Positions 51,990 through 64,000 of a stretch of DNA of 64,000 nucleotides are shown in pieces (position 1 is the first letter of the stretch; each line of letters starts with the position of its first letter). Origin of the DNA: Auanema rhodensis (Eukaryota; Animalia; Nematoda). Below the pieces are notes generated by a model. The model saw nothing but the letters and a program-made list of their open reading frames with translations, did not search any database and was not told the origin of the DNA. The translations under genes and the position numbers were made by a program. Where the stretch lies: assembly GCA_964057225.1 (NCBI GenBank), contig OZ059900.1, forward strand, positions 26,226,001 to 26,290,000, in the 5' to 3' direction.

Positions 51990-54900
51990 ATCATGTTTTG
52001 CGGCGGGCTAAAGTTGCTATTACGTTCCATTTTTATGAAAAATTAAATATTCTAAAATTTTTATTTTTGGTCCTAGAATAACGTGCTTTATTCTGTTCAA
52101 CTCGGAATAAACAGTTTAGTAATATAAAATACTATTTGTATTCATATACCTATAATAATCATGTTTTGCGGCGGGCTAAACTTGCTATTTCGTTTGATTT
52201 CTATGAAAAATTTAAAATTTTAAAATTTTAATTTTTGGTCCTAGAATAACGTTCTTCATTCTGTTCAACTCGGAATAAACAGTTTAGTAATATAAAATAG
52301 TTTTTGTTTTCATATATCTATAATAATCATGTATTGCGGCGGGCTAAAGTTGCTATTACGTTCCATTTTTATGAAAAATTAAATATTCTAAAATTTTTAT
52401 TTTTGGTCCTAGAATAACGTGCTTTATTCTGTTCAACTCGGATTAAACAGTTTAGTAATATGAAATAGTTTTTGTTTTCATATATCTATAATAATCATGT
52501 TTTGCGGCTTGCTAAAGTTGCTATTACGTTCCATTTTTATGAAAAATTAAATATTCTATTATTTTATTTTTAGTCGTAGAATAACGTGCTACATCTTATT
52601 TAACTCAGAATAAACAGTTTAGTAATATAAAATAGTTTTTGTTCTCATATATCTATAATAATCATGTTTTGCGGCGGGCTAAAGTTGCTATTACGTTCCA
52701 TTTTTATGAAAAATTAAATATTCTATTATTTTATTTTTAGTCGTAGAATAACGTGCTACATCTTATTTAACTCAGAATAAACAGTTTAGTAATATGAAAT
52801 AGTTTTCGTATTCATATATCCATATTAATCATGTTTTGCGGCGGGCTAAACTTGCTATTTCGTTTGATTTCTATGAAAAATTTAAAATTTTAAAATTTTA
52901 ATTTTTGGTCCTAGAATAACGTTCTTTATTCTGTTCAACTCGGAATAAACAGTTTAGTAATATAAAATAGTTTTTGTTTTCATATATCTATAATAATCAT
53001 GTTTTGCGGCGGGCTAAACTTGCTATTTCGTTTGATATCTATGAAAAATTTAAAATTTTAAAATTTTAATTTTTGGTCCTAGAATAACGTTCTTTATTCT
53101 GTTCAACTCGGAATAAACAGTTTAGTAATATAAAAAAGTTTTCGTAAGCATATATCCATATTAATCATGTTTTGCGGCGGGCTAAAGTTGCTATTACGTT
53201 CCATTTTTATGAAAAATTAAATATTCTAAAATTTTTATTTTTGGTCCTAGAATAACGTGCTTTATTCTGTTCAACTCGGAATAAACAGTTTAGTAATATA
53301 AAATACTATTTGTATTCATATATCTATAATAATCATGTTTTGCGGCGGGCTAAACTTGCTATTTCGTTTGATTTCTATGAAAAATTTAAAATTTTAAAAT
53401 TTTAATTTTTGGTCCTAGAATAACGTTCTTCATTCTGTTCAACTCGGAATAAACAGTTTAGTAATATAAAATAGTTTTTGTTTTCATATATCTATAATAA
53501 TCATGTATTGCGGCGGGCTAAAGTTGCTATTACGTTCCATTTTTATGAAAAATTAAATATTCTAAAATTTTTATTTTTGGTTCTAGAATAACGTGCTTTA
53601 TTCTGTTCAACTCGGATTAAACAGTTTAGTAATATGAAATAGTTTTTGTTTTCATATATCTATAATAATCATGTTTTGCGGCTTGCTAAAGTTGCTATTA
53701 CGTTCCATTTTTATGAAAAATTAAATATTCTATTATTTTATTTTTAGTCGTAGAATAACGTGCTACATCTTATTTAACTCAGAATAAACAGTTTAGTAAT
53801 ATAAAATAGTTTTTGTTCTCATATATCTATAATAATCATGTTTTGCGGCGGGCTAAAGTTGCTATTACGTTCCATTTTTATGAAAAATTAAATATTCTAT
53901 TATTTTATTTTTAGTCGTAGAATAACGTGCTACATCTTATTTAACTCAGAATAAACAGTTTAGTAATATGAAATAGTTTTCGTATTCATATATCCATATT
54001 AATCATGTTTTGCGGCGGGCTAAACTTGCTATTTCGTTTGATTTCTATGAAAAATTTAAAATTTTAAAATTTTAATTTTTGGTCCTAGAATAACGTTCTT
54101 TATTCTGTTCAACTCGGAATAAACAGTTTAATAATATAAAATAGTTTTTGTTTTCATATATCTATAATACTCATGTTTTGCGGCGGGCTAAAGTTGCTAT
54201 TACGTTCCATTTTTATGAAAAATTAAATATTCTAAAATTTTTATTTTTGGTCCTAGAATAACGTGCTTTATTCTGTTCAACTCGGAATAAACAGTTTAGT
54301 AATATAAAATACTATTTGTATTCATATATCTATAATAATCATGTTTTGCGGCGGGCTAAACTTGCTATTTCGTTTGATTTCTATGAAAAATTTAAAATTT
54401 TAAAATTTTAATTTTTGGTCCTAGAATAACGTTCTTCATTCTGTTCAACTCGGAATAAACAGTTTAGTAATATAAAATAGTTTTTGTTTTCATATATCTA
54501 TAATAATCATGTATTGCGGCGGGCTAAAGTTGCTATTACGTTCCATTTTTATGAAAAATTAAATATTCTAAAATTTTTATTTTTGGTCCTAGAATAACGT
54601 GCTTTATTCTGTTCAACTCGGATTAAACAGTTTAGTAATATGAAATAGTTTTTGTTTTCATATATCTATAATAATCATGTTTTGCGGCTTGCTAAAGTTG
54701 CTATTACGTTCCATTTTTATGAAAAATTAAATATTCTATTATTTTATTTTTAGTCGTAGAATAACGTGCTACATCTTATTTAACTCAGAATAAACAGTTT
54801 AGTAATATAAAATAGTTTTTGTTCTCATATATCTATAATAATCATGTTTTGCGGCGGGCTAAAGTTGCTATTACGTTCCATTTTTATGAAAAATTAAATA

Positions 54901-55400
54901 TTCTATTATTTTATTTTTAGTCGTAGAATAACGTGCTACATCTTATTTAACTCAGAATAAACAGTTTAGTAATATGAAATAGTTTTCGTATTCATATATC
55001 CATATTAATCATGTTTTGCGGCGGGCTAAACTTGCTATTTCGTTTGATTTCTATGAAAAATTTAAAATTTTAAAATTTTAATTTTTGGTCCTAGAATAAC
55101 GTTCTTTATTCTGTTCAACTCGGAATAAACAGTTTAGTAATATAAAATAGTTTTTGTTTTCATATATCTATAATAATCATGTTTTGCGGCGGGCTAAACT
55201 TGCTATTTCGTTTGATTTCTATGAAAAATTTAAAATTTTAAAATTTTAATTTTTGGTCCTAGAATAACGTTCTTTATTCTGTTCAACTCGGAATAAACAG
55301 TTTAGTAATATAAAAAAGTTTTCGTAAGCATATATCCATATTAATCATGTTTTGCGGCGGGCTAAAGTTGCTATTACGTTCCATTTTTATGAAAAATTAA
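51990..55400. repeat. Satellite B 7/6-monomer higher-order repeat, ~3 copies
   Basis: CATGTATTGCGG occurs at 52328, 53502 and 54508 (offsets 1174 and 1006). Each copy is followed by GGATTAAAC, GCGGCTTGC and two TAGTCGTAG monomers. Boundaries are approximate. Confidence 0.88.
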
Positions 55401-57899
55401 ATATTCTAATATTTTATTTTTAGTCCTAGAATAACGTGCTACATTTTATTTAACTCAGAATAAACAGTTTAGTAATATGAAATAGTTTTCGTATTCATAT
55501 ATCCATATTAATCATGTTTTGCGGCGGGCTAAACTTGCTATTTCGTTTGATTTCTATGAAAAATTAAATATTCTAAAATTTTTATTTTTGGTCCTAGAAT
55601 AACGTGCTTTATTCTGTTCAACTCAGAATAAACAGTTTAGTAATATAAAATAGTTTTTGTTCTCATATATCTATAATAATCATGTTTTGCGGCGGGCTAA
55701 AGTTGCTATTACGTTCCATTTTTATGAAAAATTAAATATTCTGAATTTTTTATTTTTGGTCCTAGAATAACGTGCTTTATTCTGTTCAACTCGGAATAAA
55801 CAGTTTAGTAATATGAAATAGTTTTCGTATTCATATATCCATATTAATCATGTTTTGCGGCGGGCTAAAGTTGCTATTACGTTCCATTTTTATGAAAAAT
55901 TAAATATTCTAATATTTTATTTTTAGTCCTAGAATAACGTTCTTTATTCTGTTCAACTCGGAATAAACAGTTTAGTAATATAAAATAGTTTTTGTTTTCA
56001 TATATCTATAATAATCATGTTTTGCGGCGGGCTAAAGTTGCTATTACGTTCCATTTTTATGAAAAATTAAATATTCTGAATTTTTTATTTTTGGTCCTAG
56101 AATAACGTGCTTTATTCTGTTCAACTCGGAATAAACAGTTTAGTAATATAAAATAGTTTTTGTTTTCATATATCTATAATAATCATGTTTTGCGGCGGGC
56201 TAAACTTGCTATTTCGTTTGATTTCTATGAAAAATTAAATATTCTAAAATTTTTATTTTTGGTCCTAGAATAACGTGCTTTACTCTGTTCAACTCAGAAT
56301 AAACAGTTTAGTAATATAAAATAGTTTTTGTTCTCATATATCTATAATAATCATGTTTTGCGGCGGGCTAAAGTTGCTATTACGTTCCATTTTTATGAAA
56401 AATTAAATATTCTAATATTTTATTTTTAGTCCTAGAATAACGTGCTACATTTTATTTAACTCAGAATAAACAGTTTAGTAATATGAAATAGTTTTCGTAT
56501 TCATATATCCATATTAATCATGTTTTGCGGCGGGCTAAAGTTGCTATTACGTTCCATTTTTATGAAAAATTAAATATTCTAATATTTTATTTTTAGTCCT
56601 AGAATAACGTGCTACATTTTATTTAACTCAGAATAAACAGTTTAGTAATATAAAATAGTTTTTGTTCTCATATATCTATAATAATCATGTTTTGCGGCGG
56701 GCTAAAGTTGCTATTACGTTCCATTTTTATGAAAAATTAAATATTCTGAATTTTTTATTTTTGGTCCTAGAATAACGTGCTTTATTCTGTTCAACTCGGA
56801 ATAAACAGTTTAGTAATATAAAATAGTTTTTGTTTTCATATATCTATAATAATCATGTTTTGCGGCTTGCTAAAGTTGCTATTACGTTCCATTTTTATGA
56901 AAAATTAAATATTCTATTATTTTATTTTTAGTCGTAGAATAACGTGCTACATCTTATTTAACTCAGAATAAACAGTTTAGTAATATAAAATAGTTTTTGT
57001 TCTCATATATCTATAATAATCATGTTTTGCGGCGGGCTAAAGTTGCTATTACGTTCCATTTTTATGAAAAATTAAATATTCTATTATTTTATTTTTAGTC
57101 GTAGAATAACGTGCTACATCTTATTTAACTCAGAATAAACAGTTTAGTAATATGAAATAGTTTTCGTATTCATATATCCATATTAATCATGTTTTGCGGC
57201 GGGCTAAACTTGCTATTTCGTTTGATTTCTATGAAAAATTTAAAATTTTAAAATTTTAATTTTTGGTCCTAGAATAACGTTCTTCATTCTGTTCAACTCG
57301 GAATAAACAGTTTAGTACTATAAAATACTATTTGTATTCATATATCCATATTAATCATGTTTTGCGGCGGGCTAAAGTTGCTATTACGTTCCATTTTTAT
57401 GAAAAATTAAATATTCTAATATTTTATTTTTAGTCCTAGAATAACGTGCTACATTTTATTTAACTCAGAATAAACAGTTTAGTAATATGAAATAGTTTTC
57501 GTATTCATATATCCATATTAATCATGTTTTGCGGCGGGCTAAACTTGCTATTACGTTCCATTTTTATGAAAAATTAAATATTCTAAAATTTTTATTTTTG
57601 GTCCTAGAATAACGTGCTTTATTCTGTTCAACTCGGAATAAACAGTTTAGTAATATAAAAAAGTTTTCGTAAGCATATATCCATATTAATCATGTTTTGC
57701 GGCGGGCTAAAGTTGCTATTTCGTTTGATTTCTATGAAAAATTTAAAATTTTAAAATTTTAATTTTTGGTCCTAGAATAACGTTCTTTATTCTGTTCAAC
57801 TCGGAATAAACAGTTTAGTAATATAAAAAAGTTTTCGTAAGCATATATCCATATTAATCATGTTTTGCGGCGGGCTAAAGTTGCTATTACGTTCCATTT

Positions 57900-60800
57900 T
57901 TATGAAAAATTAAATATTCTAAAATTTTCATTTTTGGTCCTAGAATAACGTTCTTTATTCTGTTCAACTCGGAATAAACAGTTTAGTAATATAAAAAAGT
58001 TTTCGTAAGCATATATCCATAATAATCATGTTTTGCGGCGGGCTAAAGTTGCTATTTCGTATGATTTTTATGAAAAATTTAAAATTTTAAAATTTTAATT
58101 TTTGGTCCTAGAATAACGTTCTTTATTCTGTTCAACTCGGAATAAACAGTTTAGTAATATAAAATACTATTTGTATTCATATATCCATATTAATCATGTT
58201 TTGCGGCGGGCTAAAGTTGCTATTACGTTCCATTTTTATGAAAAATTAAATATTCTATTATTTTATTTTTAGTCGTAGAATAACGTGCTACATCTTATTT
58301 AACTCAGAATAAACAGGTTAGGAATATAAAAAAGTTTTCGTAAGCATATATCCATATTAATCATGTTTTGCGGCGGGCTAAAGTTGCTATTACGTTCCAT
58401 TTTTATGAAAAATTAAATATTCTAAAATTTTCATTTTTGGTCCTAGAATAACGTGCTACATTTTATTTAACTCAGAATAAACAGTTTAGTAATATGAAAT
58501 AGTTTTCGTATTCATATATCCATAATAATCATGTTTTGCGGCGGGCTAAAGTTGCTATTTCGTTTGATTTCTATGAAAAATTTAAAATTTTAAAATTTTA
58601 ATTTTTGGTCCTAGAATAACGTTCTTTATTCTGTTCAACTCGGAATAAACAGTTTAGTAATATAAAAAAGTTTTCGTAAGCATATATCCATATTAATCAT
58701 GTTTTGCGGCGGGCTAAAGTTGCTATTACGTTCCATTTTTATGAAAAATTAAATATTCTAATATTTTATTTTCAGTCCTAGAATAACGTGCTACATCTTA
58801 TTTAACTCAGAATAAACAGTTTAGTAATATAAAACAGTTTTTGTTTTCATATATCTATAATAATCATGTTTTGCGGCGGGCTAAAGTTGCTATTACGTTC
58901 CATTTTTATGAAAAATTAAATATTCTGAAATTTTTATTTTTGGTCCTAGAATAACGTGCTTTATTTTGTTCAACTCGGAATAAACAGTTTAGTAATATAA
59001 AATACTATTTGTATTCATATATCCATATTAATCATGTTTTGCGGCGGGCTAAAGTTGCTATTACGTTCCATTTTTATGAAAAATTAAATATTCTAATATT
59101 TTATTTTTAGTCCTAGAATAACGTGCTACATCTTATTTAACTCAGAATAAACAGTTTAGTAATATGAAATAGTTTTCGTATTCATATATCCATATTAATC
59201 ATGTTTTGCGGCGGGCTAAACTTGCTATTTCGTTTGATTTCTATGAAAAATTAAATATTCTAATATTTTATTTTTATTCCTAGAATAACGTGCTACATCT
59301 TATTTAACTCAGAATAAACAGTTTAGTAATATGAAATAGTTTTCGTATTCATATATCCATATTAATCATGTTTTGCGGCGGGCTAAACTTGCTATTTCGT
59401 TTGATTTCTATGAAAAATTAAATATTCTAATATTTTATTTTTATTCCTAGAATAACGTGCTACATCTTATTTAACTCAGAATAAACAGTTTAGTAATATG
59501 AAATAGTTTTCGTATTCATATATCCATATTAATCATGTTTTGCGGCGGGCTAAACTTGCTATTTCGTTTGATTTCTATGAAAAATTAAATATTCTAATAT
59601 TTTATTTTTATTCCTAGAATAACGTGCTTTATTCTGTTCAACTCGGAATAAACAGTTTAGTAATATAAAATACTATTTGTATTCATATATCCATATTAAT
59701 CATGTTTTGCGGCGGGCTAAAGTTGCTATTACGTTCCATTTTTATGAAAAATTAAATATTCTAATATTTTATTTTTAGTCCTAGAATAACGTGCTACATC
59801 TTATTTAACTCAGAATAAACAGTTTAGTAATATGAAATAGTTTTCGTATTCATATATCCATATTAATCATGTTTTGCGGCGGGCTAAACTTGCTATTTCG
59901 TTTGATTTCTATGAAAATTTAAATATTCTAATATTTTATTTTTATTCCTAGAAAAACGTGCTACATCTTATTTAACTCAGAATAAACAGTTTAGTAATAT
60001 GAAATAGTTTTCGTATTCATATATCCATATTAATCATGTTTTGCGGCGGGCTAAACTTGCTATTTCGTTTGATTTCTATGAAAAATTAAATATTCTAATA
60101 TTTTATTTTTATTCCTAGAATAACGTGCTACATCTTATTTAACTCAGAATAAACAGTTTAGTAATATGAAATAGTTTTCGTATTCATATATCCATATTAA
60201 TCATGTTTTGCGGCGGGCTAAACTTGCTATTTCGTTTGATTTCTATGAAAAATTAAATATTCTAATATTTTATTTTTATTCCTAGAATAACGTGCTACAT
60301 CTTATTTAACTCAGAATAAACAGTTTAGTAATATGAAATAGTTTTTGTCTTCATATATCTATAATAATCATGTTTTGCGGCGGGCTAAAGTTGCTATTAC
60401 GTTCCATTTTTATGAAAAATTAAATATTCTATTATTTTATTTTTAGTCGTAGAATAACGTGCTACATCTTATTTAACTCAGAATAAACAGGTTAGGAATA
60501 TAAAAAAGTTTTCGTAAGCATATATCCATATTAATCATGTTTTGCGGCGGGCTAAAGTTGCTATTACGTTCCATTTTTATGAAAAATTAAATATTCTATT
60601 ATTTTATTTTTAGTCGTAGAATAACGTGCTACATCTTATTTAACTCAGAATAAACAGGTTAGGAATATAAAAAAGTTTTCGTAAGCATATATCCATATTA
60701 ATCATGTTTTGCGGCGGGCTAAAGTTGCTATTACGTTCCATTTTTATGAAAAATTAAATATTCTGAATTTTTTATTTTTGGTCCTAGAATAACGTGCTTT

Positions 60801-63800
60801 ATTCTGTTCAACTCGGAATAAACAGTTTAGTAAGATAAAATACTATTTGTATTCATATATCCATATTAATCATGTTTTGCGGCGGGCTAAAGTTGCTATT
60901 ACGTTCCATTTTTATGAAAAATTAAATATTCTAATATTTTATTTTTAGTCCTAGAATAACGTGCTACATCTTATTTAACTCGGATTAAACAGTTTAGTAA
61001 TATGAAATAGTTTTTGTTTTCATATATCTATAATAATCATGTTTTGCGGCGGGCTAAAGTTGCTATTACGTTCCATTTTTATGAAAAATTAAATATTCGA
61101 AAAATTTTTTTTTGTCCTAGAATAACGTGCTTTGTTCTGTTCAACTCGGAATAAACAGTTTAGTAATATAAAAAAGTTTTCGTAAGCATATATCCATATT
61201 AATCATGTTTTGCGGCGGGCTAAAGTTGCTATTACGTTCAATTTTTATGAAAAATTAAATATTCTAATATTTTATTTTTAGTCCTAGAATAACGTGCTAC
61301 ATTTTATTTAACTCAGAATAAACAGTTTAGTAATATGAAATAGTTTTCGTATTCATATATCCATAATAATCATGTTTTGCGGCGGGCTAAAGTTGCTATT
61401 TCGTTTGATTTCTATGAAAAATTTAAAATTTTAAAATTTTAATTTTTGGTCCTAGAATAACGTTCTTTATTCTGTTCAACTCGGAATAAACAGTTTAGTA
61501 ATATAAAAAAGTTTTCGTAAGCATATATCCATATTAATCATGTTTTGCGGCGGGCTAAAGTTGCTATTACGTTCCATTTTTATGAAAAATTAAATATTCT
61601 AATATTTTATTTTCAGTCCTAGAATAACGTGCTACATCTTATTTAACTCAGAATAAACAGTTTAGTAATATAAAACAGTTTTTGTTTTCATATATCTATA
61701 ATAATCATGTTTTGCGGCGGGCTAAAGTTGCTATTACGTTCCATTTTTATGAAAAATTTAAAATTTTAAAATTTTAATTTTTGGTCCTAGAATAACGTTC
61801 TTTATTCTGTTCAACTCGGAATAAACAGTTTAGTAATATAAAAAAGTTTTCGTAAGCATATATCCATATTAATCATGTTTTGCGGCGGGCTAAAGTTGCT
61901 ATTACGTTCCATTTTTATGAAAAATTAAATATTCTAATATTTTATTTTCAGTCCTAGAATAACGTGCTACATCTTATTTAACTCAGAATAAACAGTTTAG
62001 TAATATAAAACAGTTTTTGTTTTCATATATCTATAATAATCATGTTTTGCGGCGGGCTAAAGTTGCTATTACGTTCCATTTTTATGAAAAATTAAATATT
62101 CTGAAATTTTTATTTTTGGTCCTAGAATAACGTGCTTCACTCTGTTCAACTCGGAATAAACAGTTTAGTAATATAAAATACTATTTGTATTCATATATCC
62201 ATATTAATCATGTTTTGCGGCGGGCTAAAGTTGCTATTACGTTCCATTTTTATGAAAAATTAAATATTCTAATATTTTATTTTTAGTCCTAGAATAACGT
62301 GCTACATCTTATTTAACTCAGAATAAACAGTTTAGTAATATGAAATAGTTTTCGTATTCATATATCCATATTAATCATGTTTTGCGGCGGGCTAAACTTG
62401 CTATTTCGTTTGATTTCTATGAAAAATTAAATATTCTAAAATTTTTATTTTTGGTCCTAGAATAACGTTCTTTATTCTGTTCAACTCGGAATAAACAGTT
62501 TAGTAATATAAAAAAGTTTTCGTAAGCATATATCCATAATAATCATGTTTTGCGGCGGGCTAAAGTTGCTATTTCGTATGATTTCTATGAAAAATTTAAA
62601 ATTTTAAAATTTTAATTTTTGGTCCTAGAATAACGTTCTTTATTCTGTTCAACTCGGAATAAACAGTTTAGTAATATAAAATACTATTTGTATTCATATA
62701 TCCATATTAATCATGTTTTGCGGCGGGCTAAAGTTGCTATTACGTTCCATTTTTATGAAAAATTAAATATTCTATTATTTTATTTTTAGTCGTAGAATAA
62801 CGTGCTACATCTTATTTAACTCAGAATAAACAGGTTAGGAATATAAAAAAGTTTTCGTAAGCATATATCCATATTAATCATGTTTTGCGGCGGGCTAAAG
62901 TTGCTATTACGTTCCATTTTTATGAAAAATTAAATATTCTAAAATTTTCATTTTTGGTCCTAGAATAACGTGCTACATTTTATTTAACTCAGAATAAACA
63001 GTTTAGTAATATGAAATAGTTTTCGTATTCATATATCCATAATAATCATGTTTTGCGGCGGGCTAAAGTTGCTATTTCGTTTGATTTCTATGAAAAATTT
63101 AAAATTTTAAAATTTTAATTTTTGGTCCTAGAATAACGTTCTTTATTCTGTTCAACTCGGAATAAACAGTTTAGTAATATAAAAAAGTTTTCGTAAGCAT
63201 ATATCCATATTAATCATGTTTTGCGGCGGGCTAAAGTTGCTATTACGTTCCATTTTTATGAAAAATTAAATATTCTAATATTTTATTTTCAGTCCTAGAA
63301 TAACGTGCTACATCTTATTTAACTCAGAATAAACAGTTTAGTAATATAAAACAGTTTTTGTTTTCATATATCTATAATAATCATGTTTTGCGGCGGGCTA
63401 AAGTTGCTATTACGTTCCATTTTTATGAAAAATTAAATATTCTGAAATTTTTATTTTTGGTCCTAGAATAACGTGCTTTATTTTGTTCAACTCGGAATAA
63501 ACAGTTTAGTAATATAAAATACTATTTGTATTCATATATCCATATTAATCATGTTTTGCGGCGGGCTAAAGTTGCTATTACGTTCCATTTTTATGAAAAA
63601 TTAAATATTCTAATATTTTATTTTTAGTCCTAGAATAACGTGCTACATCTTATTTAACTCAGAATAAACAGTTTAGTAATATGAAATAGTTTTCGTATTC
63701 ATATATCCATATTAATCATGTTTTGCGGCGGGCTAAACTTGCTATTTCGTTTGATTTCTATGAAAAATTAAATATTCTAATATTTTATTTTTATTCCTAG

Positions 63801-64000
63801 AATAACGTGCTACATCTTATTTAACTCAGAATAAACAGTTTAGTAATATGAAATAGTTTTCGTATTCATATATCCATATTAATCATGTTTTGCGGCGGGC
63901 TAAACTTGCTATTTCGTTTGATTTCTATGAAAAATTAAATATTCTAATATTTTATTTTTATTCCTAGAATAACGTGCTACATCTTATTTAACTCAGAATA
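57900..64000. repeat. Satellite B block duplication at offset 4517 bp (27 monomers)
   Basis: TTTCGTATGA (58061/62578), AAACAGGTTAGGAAT (58311/62828) and GCTTTATTTTGTT (58960/63477) share the offset. The second copy runs off the window. Confidence 0.88.

Larger units (their letters stand above)
43880..64000. repeat. Satellite B: tandem array of a 167-169-bp AT-rich monomer, ~120 copies, continues beyond the right window edge
   Basis: The anchor CATGTTTTGCGGCGGGCTAAA occurs at 44100, 44268, 44436 and 44603 (spacings 168, 168, 167) and continues to the window end. One representative monomer has ~43/168 G+C (~26%). All copies are in one orientation. Confidence 0.99.

Noticed and set aside
43885-64000. 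CRISPR-like or cassette-type (antigenic variation, integron) array suggested by conserved anchors with variable intervals
   Set aside because: The intervals are homologous alleles reused many times, not unique spacers. There are no cas, recombinase or other coding sequences and no leader.
1-64000. Tandem 5S rRNA, tRNA, snRNA, spliced-leader or histone gene arrays
   Set aside because: No recognisable RNA-gene sequence, cloverleaf, Pol III A/B boxes or coding region was found in either monomer on either strand.
1-64000. Strand inversions or embedded unique sequence within the arrays
   Set aside because: None was seen. Monomer phase is accounted for throughout by small indels and the two deletions listed.

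Overview
This window has no supportable genes. It is eukaryotic-type satellite DNA and captures the abrupt boundary between two tandem arrays. Satellite A (1-43884) has a 342-bp monomer, ~34% GC and ~128 head-to-tail copies; it is highly homogeneous and organised into variant-defined domains with local 3-, 5-, 9-, 10-, 16- and 19-21-mer duplications. Satellite B (43880-64000, running off the window) has a 167-169-bp monomer, ~26% GC and ~120 copies; it is much more heterogeneous and is built from a few alternative sub-monomer modules recombined in many combinations, with 4-, 6/7- and 16-mer repeats and a duplication 27 monomers apart. The two arrays join with no intervening DNA at a 5-bp microhomology (TGCTA). 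The five 65-aa ORFs arise from one stop-removing SNP in satellite A. The most notable observations are the clean junction, mirror-like layering of old variants around a younger core in satellite A, amplified variants that perfect inverted repeats, and the combinatorial module structure of satellite B. I cannot identify the organism or show centromere function from sequence alone, and I see no protein-coding or RNA-gene system. All counts and offsets were made by eye.
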